Source: Gemmatimonadota bacterium (GTDB taxonomy: Bacteria; Latescibacterota; UBA2968; GCA-2709665). From it: a DNA stretch of 64,000 bases. Made by a program: the position numbers and the translations under genes. Each line of letters opens with the position of its first letter. The stretch's first letter is position 1. Below the pieces are notes generated by a model. It saw nothing but the letters and a program-made list of their open reading frames with translations, was not told the origin of the DNA and did not search any database. This document shows, one piece after another, positions 53,759 through 62,963 of this stretch. The DNA lies in the NCBI GenBank assembly GCA_028874335.1, contig JAPPJY010000058.1:59309-123308 (forward strand). Direction: 5' to 3'.

Positions 53759-54931
53759 CTATCCGGCCCGCTGGAAGGACTGCCAGGCCTCGCCAGCCTC
53801 GGCGGCCTGGCGCTCCAACTCGCCGCGCCAGCCCACGACATCTCCGGCTTTTATCCGCCGGATGTCGTAAGCGGGGTACCGGTCTTCGAGCGTATCGCCG
53901 AGCTTCTGCGTCTCCGCCCATCGGTCCCAAGCCGTCTTCATCCAATCGTAGGGCAGGGCCTCCCGCACCTCGGGATCAAGCTGCCACGCGCTTCGCACGT
54001 CGGCCACGGCGGGCTCACCCGTGAACGGCCCGGACCACCTGGACCATCCGATGGACAGCGTATTCCGTTCTCTTTCGGGGACGGTATGGCCCGTGTGAAT
54101 ATTCGAGCCGATCCGTATGAGAGCTTCGCCCGCCTTCAGCCTCACGGCGACCTGTCCCGGCAACGGGTCGACGCCGTTCCAACTGGGTGTGTGCGGGACG
54201 CCCTTCTCCTTCATGGCCTTGGGAAGGAGGACGTCGTGCTCGTAGGGCGTGCGCCACCGATTGTGGCTGCCGGGTATGAGTTCGTGGCATTCTTCGTCGA
54301 CCAGCGCAAGGAACATGCTCACCCCGTTCCGCTCGGTAATCGACCTGGCGTTGTTCGCGCGAATCTCCGCCCAGCGCTCCCGCTCCACCTCTTCCGTATA
54401 CGCTTCGGGTCCCTCGCCCCGGATCTCACGCTGCGCGAAATAGGGCTTTCCGGTCCCCCACCACGTCGCGTCACGGTGCCAGCTGAGGGAATGTTCCGAC
54501 TCTCGCGGATTGCACCACAACAGCAGACCGCCATACGTGAAATCCTCAGGGCCAAGTCCGTTGCACCAGGAGCGCACGAAGTTCAGAAAATCGTCCGAGC
54601 CGTGGAATTCCGCGAAACAGGGTTCATTGAATGCCGGATGGACCAGACCGCGTATCGCCCAAGGTTCGTCCTTCCCGGTGCGATGGACGTAACCCCTGGA
54701 GCAGTCGATTTTGCCGTACCCGTTGGTCGGGGCGCACGCCTCCGTAATCCGGCGGCCCGCATCCCGTAGCACCGGAATCCACGGACTGTCGACAAAGTCG
54801 TTGATGATGATGAATCCGTGCTCTTCGAGGTGCGCCAACCGCTCGGGCGTCGCGCCCGGCGCCGCCAACTCGGGCAGCGAGTCGGCGAATGCGGGCGCCC
54901 TGTAGGTGGATGTAGTTTTGTCAGTTTTCAT
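53759..54931 (-). CDS. Phytanoyl-CoA dioxygenase (PhyH) family protein
   Basis: 390 aa. LEEHGFIIINDFVDSPWIPVLRDA...SWHRDATWWG... Confidence 0.65.
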   Translation of the reverse strand: MKTDKTTSTYRAPAFADSLPELAAPGATPERLAHLEEHGFIIINDFVDSPWIPVLRDAGRRITEACAPTNGYGKIDCSRGYVHRTGKDEPWAIRGLVHPAFNEPCFAEFHGSDDFLNFVRSWCNGLGPEDFTYGGLLLWCNPRESEHSLSWHRDATWWGTGKPYFAQREIRGEGPEAYTEEVERERWAEIRANNARSITERNGVSMFLALVDEECHELIPGSHNRWRTPYEHDVLLPKAMKEKGVPHTPSWNGVDPLPGQVAVRLKAGEALIRIGSNIHTGHTVPERERNTLSIGWSRWSGPFTGEPAVADVRSAWQLDPEVREALPYDWMKTAWDRWAETQKLGDTLEDRYPAYDIRRIKAGDVVGWRGELERQAAEAGEAWQSFQRAG

Positions 54932-55319
54932 TTCTTCTCCCCTTGATCAGGATTTTCAGCAATGAAGGAAAAGTAGGATCTCTTCGGGTGGTCGTTCTGT
55001 ATGCAAACACCGTCTGGATCAGGATTTGCAGGATGCCCTGACGACCATTTCGCCCCTTTTTGAAAGGTTTCGTCGCGGTGCCGCGTTGCGGCTTTTGCGG
55101 AATTGAGGCTTACATCCAGGTAACGCTGATAGAGACATACGGTATGGTCTCGCCTGGGTTTTGTCAACAGCAATGTACTCGGAATCTGCACGGGATGAAA
55201 GCCATAACGGCATACAAAATTCTCGACCATAGGAAGAATTGTGCGTATATTTGAATCTTGCTTTCCCGACACTCTGCGAACCGGGTGTTTCATAGCGTCT
55301 CTTCAGCGAGGAATCCGGT

Positions 55320-57233
55320 GTGAATCTGATTTCTTCAACCCTGTTTCTGATCTCTTTCGGCTTCGTTGCGCACTTTGCGGCTGCGCATGCGCAGATCGGC
55401 CGCGGGGATAACGAAACCCGATTTCAAAGAGCCCTTGGCGACTACACTGACGGCAACTATCGGGCGGCGGAAGCGGCCTTCCGGGCGCTGGCCGAAGCCG
55501 GCCCCGCCCACCGGCGTTCGTCGGCCTCCCGGCTTATGCTGGCCAAAACGCATTACAAACTTGGAAATTACGACCTGGGGCTCGCAACAGCAACGGGAAT
55601 CCACGACGACTTCCCGCGCAGCCGGTATCTCCCCGAAGCCGACCTGGTCATCGGCGACTGCAAATTCCAACAGGGTCTGGTATACAGCGCCGCATCCCGG
55701 TACGCCCACGTGTTGTCGGGAACGGGAGACCTCCGTCTGAAGGCCAGAGCAGCGGACAGGCTGGGACAACTTGCAGGAGTCGGGAGAATCACGGAAGGCG
55801 ACGTCGCACGTCTGCAAGATGAATTTGGAAACGACACTATCGCGGAAGCCGTGGCCTTCGGTCGGGCACGGTGGCCGTCGAGACTCGCCGGGGCCGAACC
55901 GTCCGGTCAGGATATGGCCGGATTTCTGGATCGGTATCCCAACGGCATTTTCGCGGCGCTGATGCGGGGAAAAAACCCCGAAGCCGAACGCCTTCAGCCC
56001 CCCGCGTCAGGTGTCCAACGGAGACCTCCTGCCGAAGATACCGAAGAACCGACCGACGCGCGCTTCACGATCGGCGTGATCGCGCCCCTGGCGAGCCCGC
56101 CTGGAAAGGACATGGTAGACGGTGTCCTGGTCGCCCGGGAACTGCATCAGCTCAAATCGGGAGAGCGGGTCGCGCTGGTCTTCAAAGACTCGGAAGGCAG
56201 CCCGGTACGCGCGATAAAGGCGGCTCAGAGTCTTATCGAAGACCACGGTGTGATTGCCATTATCGGCGCTCTGACCAGCGACGAAACCCTTCCCGTCGCC
56301 GCGCTGATCGGCCCTCTCGAAGTCCCGCTGATCGCGCCCACGGCCTCGGAGGACGGGCTGGCGACCCTGAGTCCCTACGTATTTCAGGTCAACGCCACGC
56401 CCGGCGCGCAGGGCCGCCGGATTGCCGACTACGCGGTCCGGGAATCGGGCATGCGCACGCTGGCGACCTTTGCGTCCCGGGACACCTACGGGGAGCGAAT
56501 CGCCAGGGAGTTCACGGCCCGCGCGGAAGAATCGGGTTCGGAAGTCGTCATACAGACGTGGTACGAACCGGGCACGACCGACTACCGGGGTCAGCTGGAA
56601 CGCATCAGAGACGCCGGACTGGCGCTCCACCCGCCCGAAATCCTCGCGGACGAAATTGACTCGCTGATTCTGGGGAGCATTCGGCTGGCGCCACCGCCCC
56701 CGGTCGAAGTGGATCCCGATACGGTGCAGCCGCCGCCGGTGCATACGCTGGATGGCCTGCTCATCGCCGGGGGCAAGGAAGACGTCCTGCTGATCGCGCC
56801 GCAGATCGCCTTCCACCGCATTCACTCGCAACTGCTGGGCAGCGACGGCTGGAATCACCACGAAGTCGCGCGAGACTCCTATACCGACGGCGCGGTCTTT
56901 GTCGCCAAGTATTCCACTCGCAGCGATCTGGTCTCCGTACACGAGTTCCTGGGCGCCTTCAGGCAACGGTTCAATCGGGACCAGAGCATTGCGGCCGCGC
57001 TGGGATACGACGCCATGAATGCCGTCCTGACAGCAGTTGCAAGGGGCGGCACGACACCCGGGCGACTTCAGCACGCGCTGGAGAACCTCGGTGAAATCCC
57101 GGGCGCCACCGGAAAGATTTCCTTCAGCCGGGGCAACAGGGAAAACGGCTGGATGTACCTTCTGACCGTAAAAGAAGGAAAGATTCAACTTCTCTCAATC
57201 GGCCGCGCAGACAAAGCCGCTTCCGAACCCTGA
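55320..57233 (+). CDS. Secreted TPR-like N-terminal domain fused to a periplasmic-binding-protein (LivK/Peripla_BP_6-like) domain
   Basis: GTG start and a signal peptide. TIGVIAPLASPPGKDMVDGVLVARE...VIAIIGALTSDETLPVAAL... Confidence 0.7.
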   Translation: MNLISSTLFLISFGFVAHFAAAHAQIGRGDNETRFQRALGDYTDGNYRAAEAAFRALAEAGPAHRRSSASRLMLAKTHYKLGNYDLGLATATGIHDDFPRSRYLPEADLVIGDCKFQQGLVYSAASRYAHVLSGTGDLRLKARAADRLGQLAGVGRITEGDVARLQDEFGNDTIAEAVAFGRARWPSRLAGAEPSGQDMAGFLDRYPNGIFAALMRGKNPEAERLQPPASGVQRRPPAEDTEEPTDARFTIGVIAPLASPPGKDMVDGVLVARELHQLKSGERVALVFKDSEGSPVRAIKAAQSLIEDHGVIAIIGALTSDETLPVAALIGPLEVPLIAPTASEDGLATLSPYVFQVNATPGAQGRRIADYAVRESGMRTLATFASRDTYGERIAREFTARAEESGSEVVIQTWYEPGTTDYRGQLERIRDAGLALHPPEILADEIDSLILGSIRLAPPPPVEVDPDTVQPPPVHTLDGLLIAGGKEDVLLIAPQIAFHRIHSQLLGSDGWNHHEVARDSYTDGAVFVAKYSTRSDLVSVHEFLGAFRQRFNRDQSIAAALGYDAMNAVLTAVARGGTTPGRLQHALENLGEIPGATGKISFSRGNRENGWMYLLTVKEGKIQLLSIGRADKAASEP

Positions 57234-57343
57234 TCGCCTCCACTCGCGCTTTTCCTCCCCGCATCACAAACGCTACCCACTGGCATTTCAATTGCATTGG
57301 ATTCAGCAAGCAACGGCCGGACGCATCGTCTACGGCAGGTTCA

Positions 57344-59209
57344 TTGCTTGTTAACAATAACTTGTGCCCAATTGAAATGTCAGGGGGACAGCCTGTGGTA
57401 TGCGCTTTCTTTCAATTCGCCAGTTGCAGAACGAAAGTGACTTTCATTGTTCTGCTTCCAAATCTACTTTGCGGTTTCGCGTCCCATGCGCAGGAATCCC
57501 TAAATCCCGAAACCGCGGAAACGTACCTGGCCGTTCTCCGGGATCTGGACGGACAGGTCATCCACGTCAACAGGGCCAACTCCGAGGACCTGCAGGCACT
57601 GCCCTGGTTCTCCCCCGAGTTGGCGCGCCAGGTCATCGCCTATCGAAAGCGGTTCGGGCCCTACCAACGTCTCGGCGATCTTCTCGGGGTTCCCGGCGTC
57701 ACATCCGAGATCCTCGCAGCCGTCCGGCCCTATCTGACCGTATCGTCGCGACGAGGTCCCCGCGTACGGACGTCCCTCAGGATCACCCGCCCGTCCAGCC
57801 ATTCTGACGCGTGGTCCAGCCTGCGGCTCTACCAGCGCACCGTGATCGGAGTACGGCGCCTGGAAGGCGTCTTCCTCACGGAACGCGACCCCCTGGAAGT
57901 ACGGCTTGCAGACTTCCTCACCGGATACGTGAGCGTCGCGGCCGTGCCGGGCTTGCGGCGCCTGCTCGCGGGCGACTTCCGACCTGGTTACGGACAGGGC
58001 CTGCTTTTCAGCCGCCACAACCGATCCGCGACTGGCATCGAGTGGGCCAGGCCCGCCAGCGTTCGAACCGTGGGCAACCGCTCCGCAATCGAAGACGGCG
58101 CACTCCGCGGCCTGTTTGCAGAAGGCCGGTCCGGCCGGGTCACGTGGACGGCCATTGGCGCCCGCAACCGCTGGGATGCCGCCATCGACAGTTCCGGCGT
58201 TGCCGAGATACGTACCGCCGACCTGCACGTCACGCAAACCCAGCGAGAACGCAGAGGCAGGCTGCGGGAACACCTGGCGGCGCTTCGATCCCGGGTCGAA
58301 GTACCGGCCGGCAGTATCGGGGCGACTTTCGTCCGAACCACGTTTACGCCCGCGCTACAAGACGTACGACGCCTGCATTCCTCGGGTTTGGACTGGAACC
58401 TGCGTGCGAGGCGGGTAAACGCTTTCGGGGAAGTCGCGACATCCGGACGGAAAGCCGTTGCCTGGCTGACCGGCGCACGCACGGAAATCGATCGTCTCAA
58501 GCTGGTGGTACTTGCCCGCAGGTATCCGCCGGGGTTTTCAAGCCTGCACGGCGGCCCGTTCTCGGCGTACAGCGGCAGCAACGAGTGGGGTCTGTTCAGC
58601 GGCGCCGTGTGGCGTCCAGACAGGAGAACACGGTTGCAGGCCACGCTCGACCGGCACGGCCGCGTCGCGCCCGAAGGCAGATACACGCTGCCCGCTCGTG
58701 GTGAGCGATTCGCCTTCGAAATGAGGCGTCGCTTCGGCAGCGCCAGGATGCGGCTTACGCTGGGCACGCGGCGGCAGACGGCCACGACTTCGGGCATAAC
58801 AGGGATGCGACATCAGAGACGCGTACGTCTTCGTCTGACCGTGCCCAGGTCAAACGTGCGCCTCAATCTGTGGCTGGAAGGCACAGGCGCCCGCTCCCCG
58901 ATCCGAACGAGCGGCGGCCGCGCCACGGGTCTGGATCTCCGCGTCCAGCGCGGGACCGGACTGAGGGGCGACGCCTGGTTGGCCCTTTTCGACGTGACCC
59001 ACTTCGACTCGCGGATATATACGTTCGAGCCCGATGTATGGGGTGGCAGCCGCCTGCAACTCCTGTCCGGAAGAGGCCGTACGGCCGGAATCCGGATCGT
59101 CTGCACGGGGTCGCGGATCCGCGTTTCTGTACGATACGCAATCAAGAATACTGAAAACGGTACATCGAGCACCTGGGCGACGCAGATCGAATTCGGCACC
59201 AGGAAGTAA
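57344..59209 (+). CDS. Helix-hairpin-helix (ComEA-like) domain protein with a large C-terminal region of unknown function
   Basis: VNRANSEDLQALPWFSPELARQVIAYRKRFGPYQRLGDLLGVPGVTSEILAAVRPYL. The start is uncertain. Confidence 0.6.
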   Translation: MLVNNNLCPIEMSGGQPVVCAFFQFASCRTKVTFIVLLPNLLCGFASHAQESLNPETAETYLAVLRDLDGQVIHVNRANSEDLQALPWFSPELARQVIAYRKRFGPYQRLGDLLGVPGVTSEILAAVRPYLTVSSRRGPRVRTSLRITRPSSHSDAWSSLRLYQRTVIGVRRLEGVFLTERDPLEVRLADFLTGYVSVAAVPGLRRLLAGDFRPGYGQGLLFSRHNRSATGIEWARPASVRTVGNRSAIEDGALRGLFAEGRSGRVTWTAIGARNRWDAAIDSSGVAEIRTADLHVTQTQRERRGRLREHLAALRSRVEVPAGSIGATFVRTTFTPALQDVRRLHSSGLDWNLRARRVNAFGEVATSGRKAVAWLTGARTEIDRLKLVVLARRYPPGFSSLHGGPFSAYSGSNEWGLFSGAVWRPDRRTRLQATLDRHGRVAPEGRYTLPARGERFAFEMRRRFGSARMRLTLGTRRQTATTSGITGMRHQRRVRLRLTVPRSNVRLNLWLEGTGARSPIRTSGGRATGLDLRVQRGTGLRGDAWLALFDVTHFDSRIYTFEPDVWGGSRLQLLSGRGRTAGIRIVCTGSRIRVSVRYAIKNTENGTSSTWATQIEFGTRK

Positions 59210-59397
59210 CGCTCGCGGCAGGAAGGCACATCCAATCCGGCGGACGGGTGGCATTTTTCCCTTTCTGAGGTCCGGATTTTTCCGTATTTTGCTCGCCGAG
59301 CGATCAACGCGGGCATCCACAACCTGAATACAATTGCCGGCAGGGACAATGTGCGCCCGCCGGCAATTTCTATTCTCCTGAAACGGTCGATCAGGAC

Positions 59398-60438
59398 ATG
59401 ATGAAGAGAATCAATTTACGATCCTGGATTTCGCTGGTCGTGCTGTGCGGGGCATTGCTGGCCGGCTGCGGCCCGCGGCTGCCCGAGTCGGTAGGACCCG
59501 CACAGGAGATCCTGGTCCTGATCGATCCGGCCGCCCGGGAGAGCCTGGAACCGCATTTGAAAGAGGTCTTCGAAAAAATCCTCTACACGCCCCAGGAAGA
59601 GAAGATATTCCGGTTGCAATTCGAAGATGTGGCCAATTTTGAAAAGTACGAGAACAAGCGGCGCAAGAACATCCTGGTTGTCGCCGAACTCGACGCTCCC
59701 CATCCCACCGCGGGATTCCTGAGGAATATCCTGAGTCCCAACGTGCAAGACGCCGTGCGGATGAACCGGTCCGGCGTATTCTGGAAGGAAGACGTCTGGG
59801 CAAAGGAACAACTCCTCATCGCGGTGGCCGGTGCGGATAGCGCCGCGCTGGTGGACAACCTCCGGATGGAAGCAGACCGGCTTTACCAGCGGATCGAAGA
59901 CGCCCGCAACGAGCGGATTCAGCGGTTGATTTATCGGTACGGCGAACGGAAGGACGTCACCGAGCGGCTCGGGCGGGAATTCGGCTGGCAGGTGCGCGTG
60001 GCTTTCGGATACCGCATCCTGGAGGCCTATCCCGACAGCGGATTCGTGGTGTTGACGAAGGAGGAACCCAACCGCTGGTTGTTCGTCTACTGGGAGGACG
60101 GCGTCTCGCCCGATGAACTCTCGGAGGAATGGTGCATCCAAAAACGCAACGACATCACCCGTAGGTTTTTCGAGCGGGACCGGATTGTACAGGACCACCT
60201 GGAGATCGGCCAGACTGAATTTGCCGGGAAGCTGGCATTTGTCCTGCAGGGCTTATGGGAAAACAAGAAAAAATGGGCGGGGGGCCCATTCAGGAGTTAC
60301 GCGTTCGTGGACGTGGAAACGGACCGTTTCTACTACATTGACTGCGGGGTGTATTCACCGAACAAACGCAAGGAACCCTATCTTCGCCAGATCGACCTTA
60401 TGGCCAGGTCCTTCACCCAGGTGAAATCGGCGCCCTGA
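59398..60438 (+). CDS. DUF4837 family lipoprotein
   Basis: LVVLCGALLAGCG lipobox and DUF4837-like sequence (ILVLIDPAARESLEP...KNILVVAELD...). Confidence 0.7.
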   Translation: MMKRINLRSWISLVVLCGALLAGCGPRLPESVGPAQEILVLIDPAARESLEPHLKEVFEKILYTPQEEKIFRLQFEDVANFEKYENKRRKNILVVAELDAPHPTAGFLRNILSPNVQDAVRMNRSGVFWKEDVWAKEQLLIAVAGADSAALVDNLRMEADRLYQRIEDARNERIQRLIYRYGERKDVTERLGREFGWQVRVAFGYRILEAYPDSGFVVLTKEEPNRWLFVYWEDGVSPDELSEEWCIQKRNDITRRFFERDRIVQDHLEIGQTEFAGKLAFVLQGLWENKKKWAGGPFRSYAFVDVETDRFYYIDCGVYSPNKRKEPYLRQIDLMARSFTQVKSAP

Positions 60439-60440
60439 AC

Positions 60441-60611
60441 CTATAGTGTCCTGTCCCAAAAATTCCTCACCATTCGGCCGCCGATTCATCCCGTCTCGCT
60501 ACGTTCCCCTCGCTCGCCGACCATACGCAGGTCGCCTGCGCTCCGGCGCCTTGCGAGACGGGCGACTCAGCGACCGAATTTAGGCAACTTATTTCTGGGA
60601 CAGAACACTAG
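60441..60611. repeat. MITE-like hairpin element, copy B
   Basis: Terminal inverted repeats ctatagtgtcctgtcccaaaaa / tttctgggacagaacactag. The internal arms attcggccgccgattcatcccgtctcgc / gcgagacgggcgactcagcgaccgaat are mutually complementary. Confidence 0.8.
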
Positions 60612-60672
60612 CATTTCGTTGGTGAAGAAGGTATAATTCGGAACAGCAGTTGTCCACGAGACGTTACGGCGC

Positions 60673-61389
60673 ATGCGGAGCAGAGGAACGATGGGACAGC
60701 AGAATCGTATATCGAGTCTGGGAAAACGCGCACGGATGAGCTTTCGCGGTACGCTTATCGCCGGGATCGCGCTTCTGGTGCCGGTTGCGGTAACGTTTAT
60801 CGTTCTTCGGATCATCTTTCAGTGGATCGACGGACTGGCTCAGCCCCTGGTTAAGCGAATCTTTCAAACCGAAAACGACGTGTTCGGACTGGGGCTGGTC
60901 CTGACGCTTATCCTGATATGGCTTGCCGGTCTGTTAGCCGGGAATGTCTTCGGCAAACGCCTCATCGGTAAGGGCGACGATCTGATTAAACGTCTTCCGG
61001 TAATCGGCAGCATCTACGGTCCGGTAAAGCAGTTCATGGAATCGGTTGTCTCACCGGACGAAGACAGGGGTTTCAACCGGGTGGTCATCGCCGAATATCC
61101 GTCCGACGGGCTCTGGATCCTGGGTTTTGCGACGGGCGATATTCCGATGGACGAGGATGGCCGGATCGGTTGCTGCGTGTTTATACCGACTTCACCCAAT
61201 CCCGCCACGGGCTGGACGGTGGTGTTTCCACCCGAAAAGGTGCGGAACGTCTCGCTCACGGTGGAGGAGGCGATGCAGATGATCGTCTCGGCGGGGGTCG
61301 TCATTCCTGACGCGCTGAAGTCCACGCCCTCCGGCGAGCCGGATGCTCCACTTTCGAATCTGCCTGCGGTTGCCGGTCGATCCGAATAG
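60673..61389 (+). CDS. DUF502 family membrane protein
   Basis: LIAGIALLVPVAVTFIVLRIIFQWIDGL...GFATGDIP...VFIPTSPNPATGW. The start is uncertain (60673, 60691 or 60736). Confidence 0.75.
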   Translation: MRSRGTMGQQNRISSLGKRARMSFRGTLIAGIALLVPVAVTFIVLRIIFQWIDGLAQPLVKRIFQTENDVFGLGLVLTLILIWLAGLLAGNVFGKRLIGKGDDLIKRLPVIGSIYGPVKQFMESVVSPDEDRGFNRVVIAEYPSDGLWILGFATGDIPMDEDGRIGCCVFIPTSPNPATGWTVVFPPEKVRNVSLTVEEAMQMIVSAGVVIPDALKSTPSGEPDAPLSNLPAVAGRSE

Positions 61390-61419
61390 AAGCCCGGCGC
61401 CGGGGTCGGGCCGGGGCTG

Positions 61420-61824
61420 TCAGGTCTCGAAATCGTCAACGTCGTCGAGCTCCTCCAGTCCGCCGACGTCTTCCCGGATCAGCGCCAGTATTGAGTTGTG
61501 CGGTATAATCAGGTACTTCTCACCTTCGAATTTGATCTCCATCGCCATCTTTTTCATGAACAGGGCATAGTCGCCGACCTGGGCCTGCATTGGAAGGTAC
61601 TTGGGTTCATCCGGTACGCTCCGCCAGGGCTCGTCGTCGACGTCGTGCGGCTGCGGCAGCGGCATCCCCGGACCCGTCAGCACAATCCGGCCGCCCTGGA
61701 CCTCTTCCTTTTCAACAACCGTCTGCGGCAGGTACAGACCCACCTCGGTGCGTTCCTGGAGCTCCTCCTGCTTGACCAGGACCCGGTCCCCCACAATGAT
61801 CAATTCCTTGTTTCCGATTTTCAT
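61420..61824 (-). CDS. GroES/Cpn10-family protein, long form
   Basis: MKIGNKELIIVGDRVLVKQEELQERTEVGLYLPQTVVEKEEVQGGRIVLTGPG...VGDYALF. Insertion plus acidic tail. Confidence 0.65.
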   Translation of the reverse strand: MKIGNKELIIVGDRVLVKQEELQERTEVGLYLPQTVVEKEEVQGGRIVLTGPGMPLPQPHDVDDEPWRSVPDEPKYLPMQAQVGDYALFMKKMAMEIKFEGEKYLIIPHNSILALIREDVGGLEELDDVDDFET

Positions 61825-61857
61825 GGGACAGCCCTCTTGGATTCGGTACCATATGAG

Positions 61858-61943
61858 TGCCGGAGGCCGGACTCGAACCGGCACGGGCTTATCGGCCCGG
61901 GGGATTTTAAGTCCCCTATGTCTACCAATTCCATCACTCCGGC
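61858..61943 (-). tRNA. tRNA-Leu (anticodon UAA)
   Basis: GCCGGAGTGATGGAATTGGTAGACATAGGGGACTTAAAATCCCCCGGGCCGATAAGCCCGTGCCGGTTCGAGTCCGGCCTCCGGCA. 7-bp acceptor stem, anticodon stem GGGGA/TCCCC with loop CTTAAAA, long variable arm and T-loop TTCGAGT. Confidence 0.9.
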
Positions 61944-61953
61944 ACCGGATTCG

Positions 61954-61982
61954 AAAATAGCCATCCGCCGGTACAATGTCAA
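61954..61982 (-). promoter_or_regulatory. Sigma-70-like promoter for tRNA-Leu
   Basis: The minus strand reads TTGACA-17 nt-TATTTT, ending about 10 nt before the tRNA 5' end. Confidence 0.5.
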
Positions 61983-62060
61983 GCGGGATTGTGCGTTTCT
62001 CCTACTTCCAAAAAAACAACGACTAATCTCTATAAGACAGTCGCTTGTCCATCCATGAAA

Positions 62061-62135
62061 TGGAGGCGGCGGGCGGATTCGAACCGCCGAATCGGGGCTT
62101 TGCAGGCCCTTGCCTTACCACTTGGCCACGCCGCC
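62061..62135 (-). tRNA. tRNA-Cys (anticodon GCA), CCA encoded
   Basis: GGCGGCGTGGCCAAGTGGTAAGGCAAGGGCCTGCAAAGCCCCGATTCGGCGGTTCGAATCCGCCCGCCGCCTCCA. Acceptor GGCGGCG/CGCCGCC, loop CTGCAAA and T-loop TTCGAAT. Confidence 0.9.
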
Positions 62136-62150
62136 TCGCCCTATTATTTC

Positions 62151-62179
62151 AAAATACAACACCCGCGCGCCATTGTCAA
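62151..62179 (-). promoter_or_regulatory. Sigma-70-like promoter for tRNA-Cys
   Basis: The minus strand reads TTGACA-17 nt-TATTTT, about 15 nt upstream of the tRNA 5' end. The hexamers are identical to the tRNA-Leu promoter. Confidence 0.5.
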
Positions 62180-62190
62180 GCCTCTCGCAC

Positions 62191-62213
62191 GGGACCGGTG
62201 GGATTCCGGTCCC
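62191..62213 (-). terminator. Hairpin immediately after the ThuA-domain gene stop (no U-tract)
   Basis: gggaccgg-tgggatt-ccggtccc, 2 nt from the stop at 62215. Confidence 0.35.
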
Positions 62214-62214
62214 G

Positions 62215-62859
62215 TTACCGGCTTGCCCAGAGCATCCCCCGCCGCTGAATCTCGCGCGCCTCCGGCACGTCGAAGTCACGTGCCACGTGCCCCAGCGACG
62301 AGTAGAATACCCTTCCCTCACCCCACGTCCGCTTCCAGACCACCGGCATCACGCAGCCGTTCACCCACGGCGCCACGGTGGTCCTGAAAGTGGTGGTCGC
62401 CAGCACGCGGTTGGATGGATCCACGTGCATGTAGTACTGCTCTGAATGCATCCTGAAGTCCTGAATCCCGCGGGTAATCGGGTCCTCGCGGTCCACAATG
62501 TTCACCTCGTAGTCGATGACGCCGCCGGGATGCGCCACCCACTGGCCGCCGACCATGAACTGGTATTCCGTGTGGTTCCGGAATGCATCCGCCATGCCGC
62601 CGTGCCATCCCGCAATCCCCACGCCGCTTCTGATTGCCGCGAGCAGGCCGTCAGCCTGCTCGCGTTCGATGTTTCCCATCGTCCAGATCGGTACAACCAG
62701 ACTCAGTTCCGCCATGCGGCCGGCATCCAGATATACGTCCATCGTATCCGAAAGGGTCACGTCGAAACCTTCCTCGCCGAGGATTGGCGCGAAGATTTCC
62801 ACACACTGCCTGGGCTCGTGCCCCTCCCAGCCGCCATAGACCATCAACGCTTTCTTCAT
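62215..62859 (-). CDS. ThuA-domain (trehalose utilisation-like) protein
   Basis: Start at [19 protein letters not shown]...[13 protein letters not shown]...VFYSSLGH. Confidence 0.75.
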   Translation of the reverse strand: MKKALMVYGGWEGHEPRQCVEIFAPILGEEGFDVTLSDTMDVYLDAGRMAELSLVVPIWTMGNIEREQADGLLAAIRSGVGIAGWHGGMADAFRNHTEYQFMVGGQWVAHPGGVIDYEVNIVDREDPITRGIQDFRMHSEQYYMHVDPSNRVLATTTFRTTVAPWVNGCVMPVVWKRTWGEGRVFYSSLGHVARDFDVPEAREIQRRGMLWASR

Positions 62860-62963
62860 CGCCTGCCTCTCAATGACGCTTTGTAGTAAATCCCACACGA
62901 ATCTCCAGGACGAATGCCTCGGCGGGCAAGGCCGCCGGGGGGTCGATCGGCTACCGTGTCCGA

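Noticed and set aside
56007-57188. 393-aa minus-strand ORF (similar cases: 30260-31252, 31310-32059, 32320-33486, 47275-48414, 46218-47120, 46922-47812, 25561-26340, 25704-26429)
   Set aside because: All are shadow ORFs opposite or overlapping well-supported genes. They are low-complexity and Arg-rich.
61420-61824. Long GroES-like gene as something unusual
   Set aside because: Extended Cpn10-family paralogues of this kind are, to my recollection, common in FCB-type genomes, so it is treated as ordinary.
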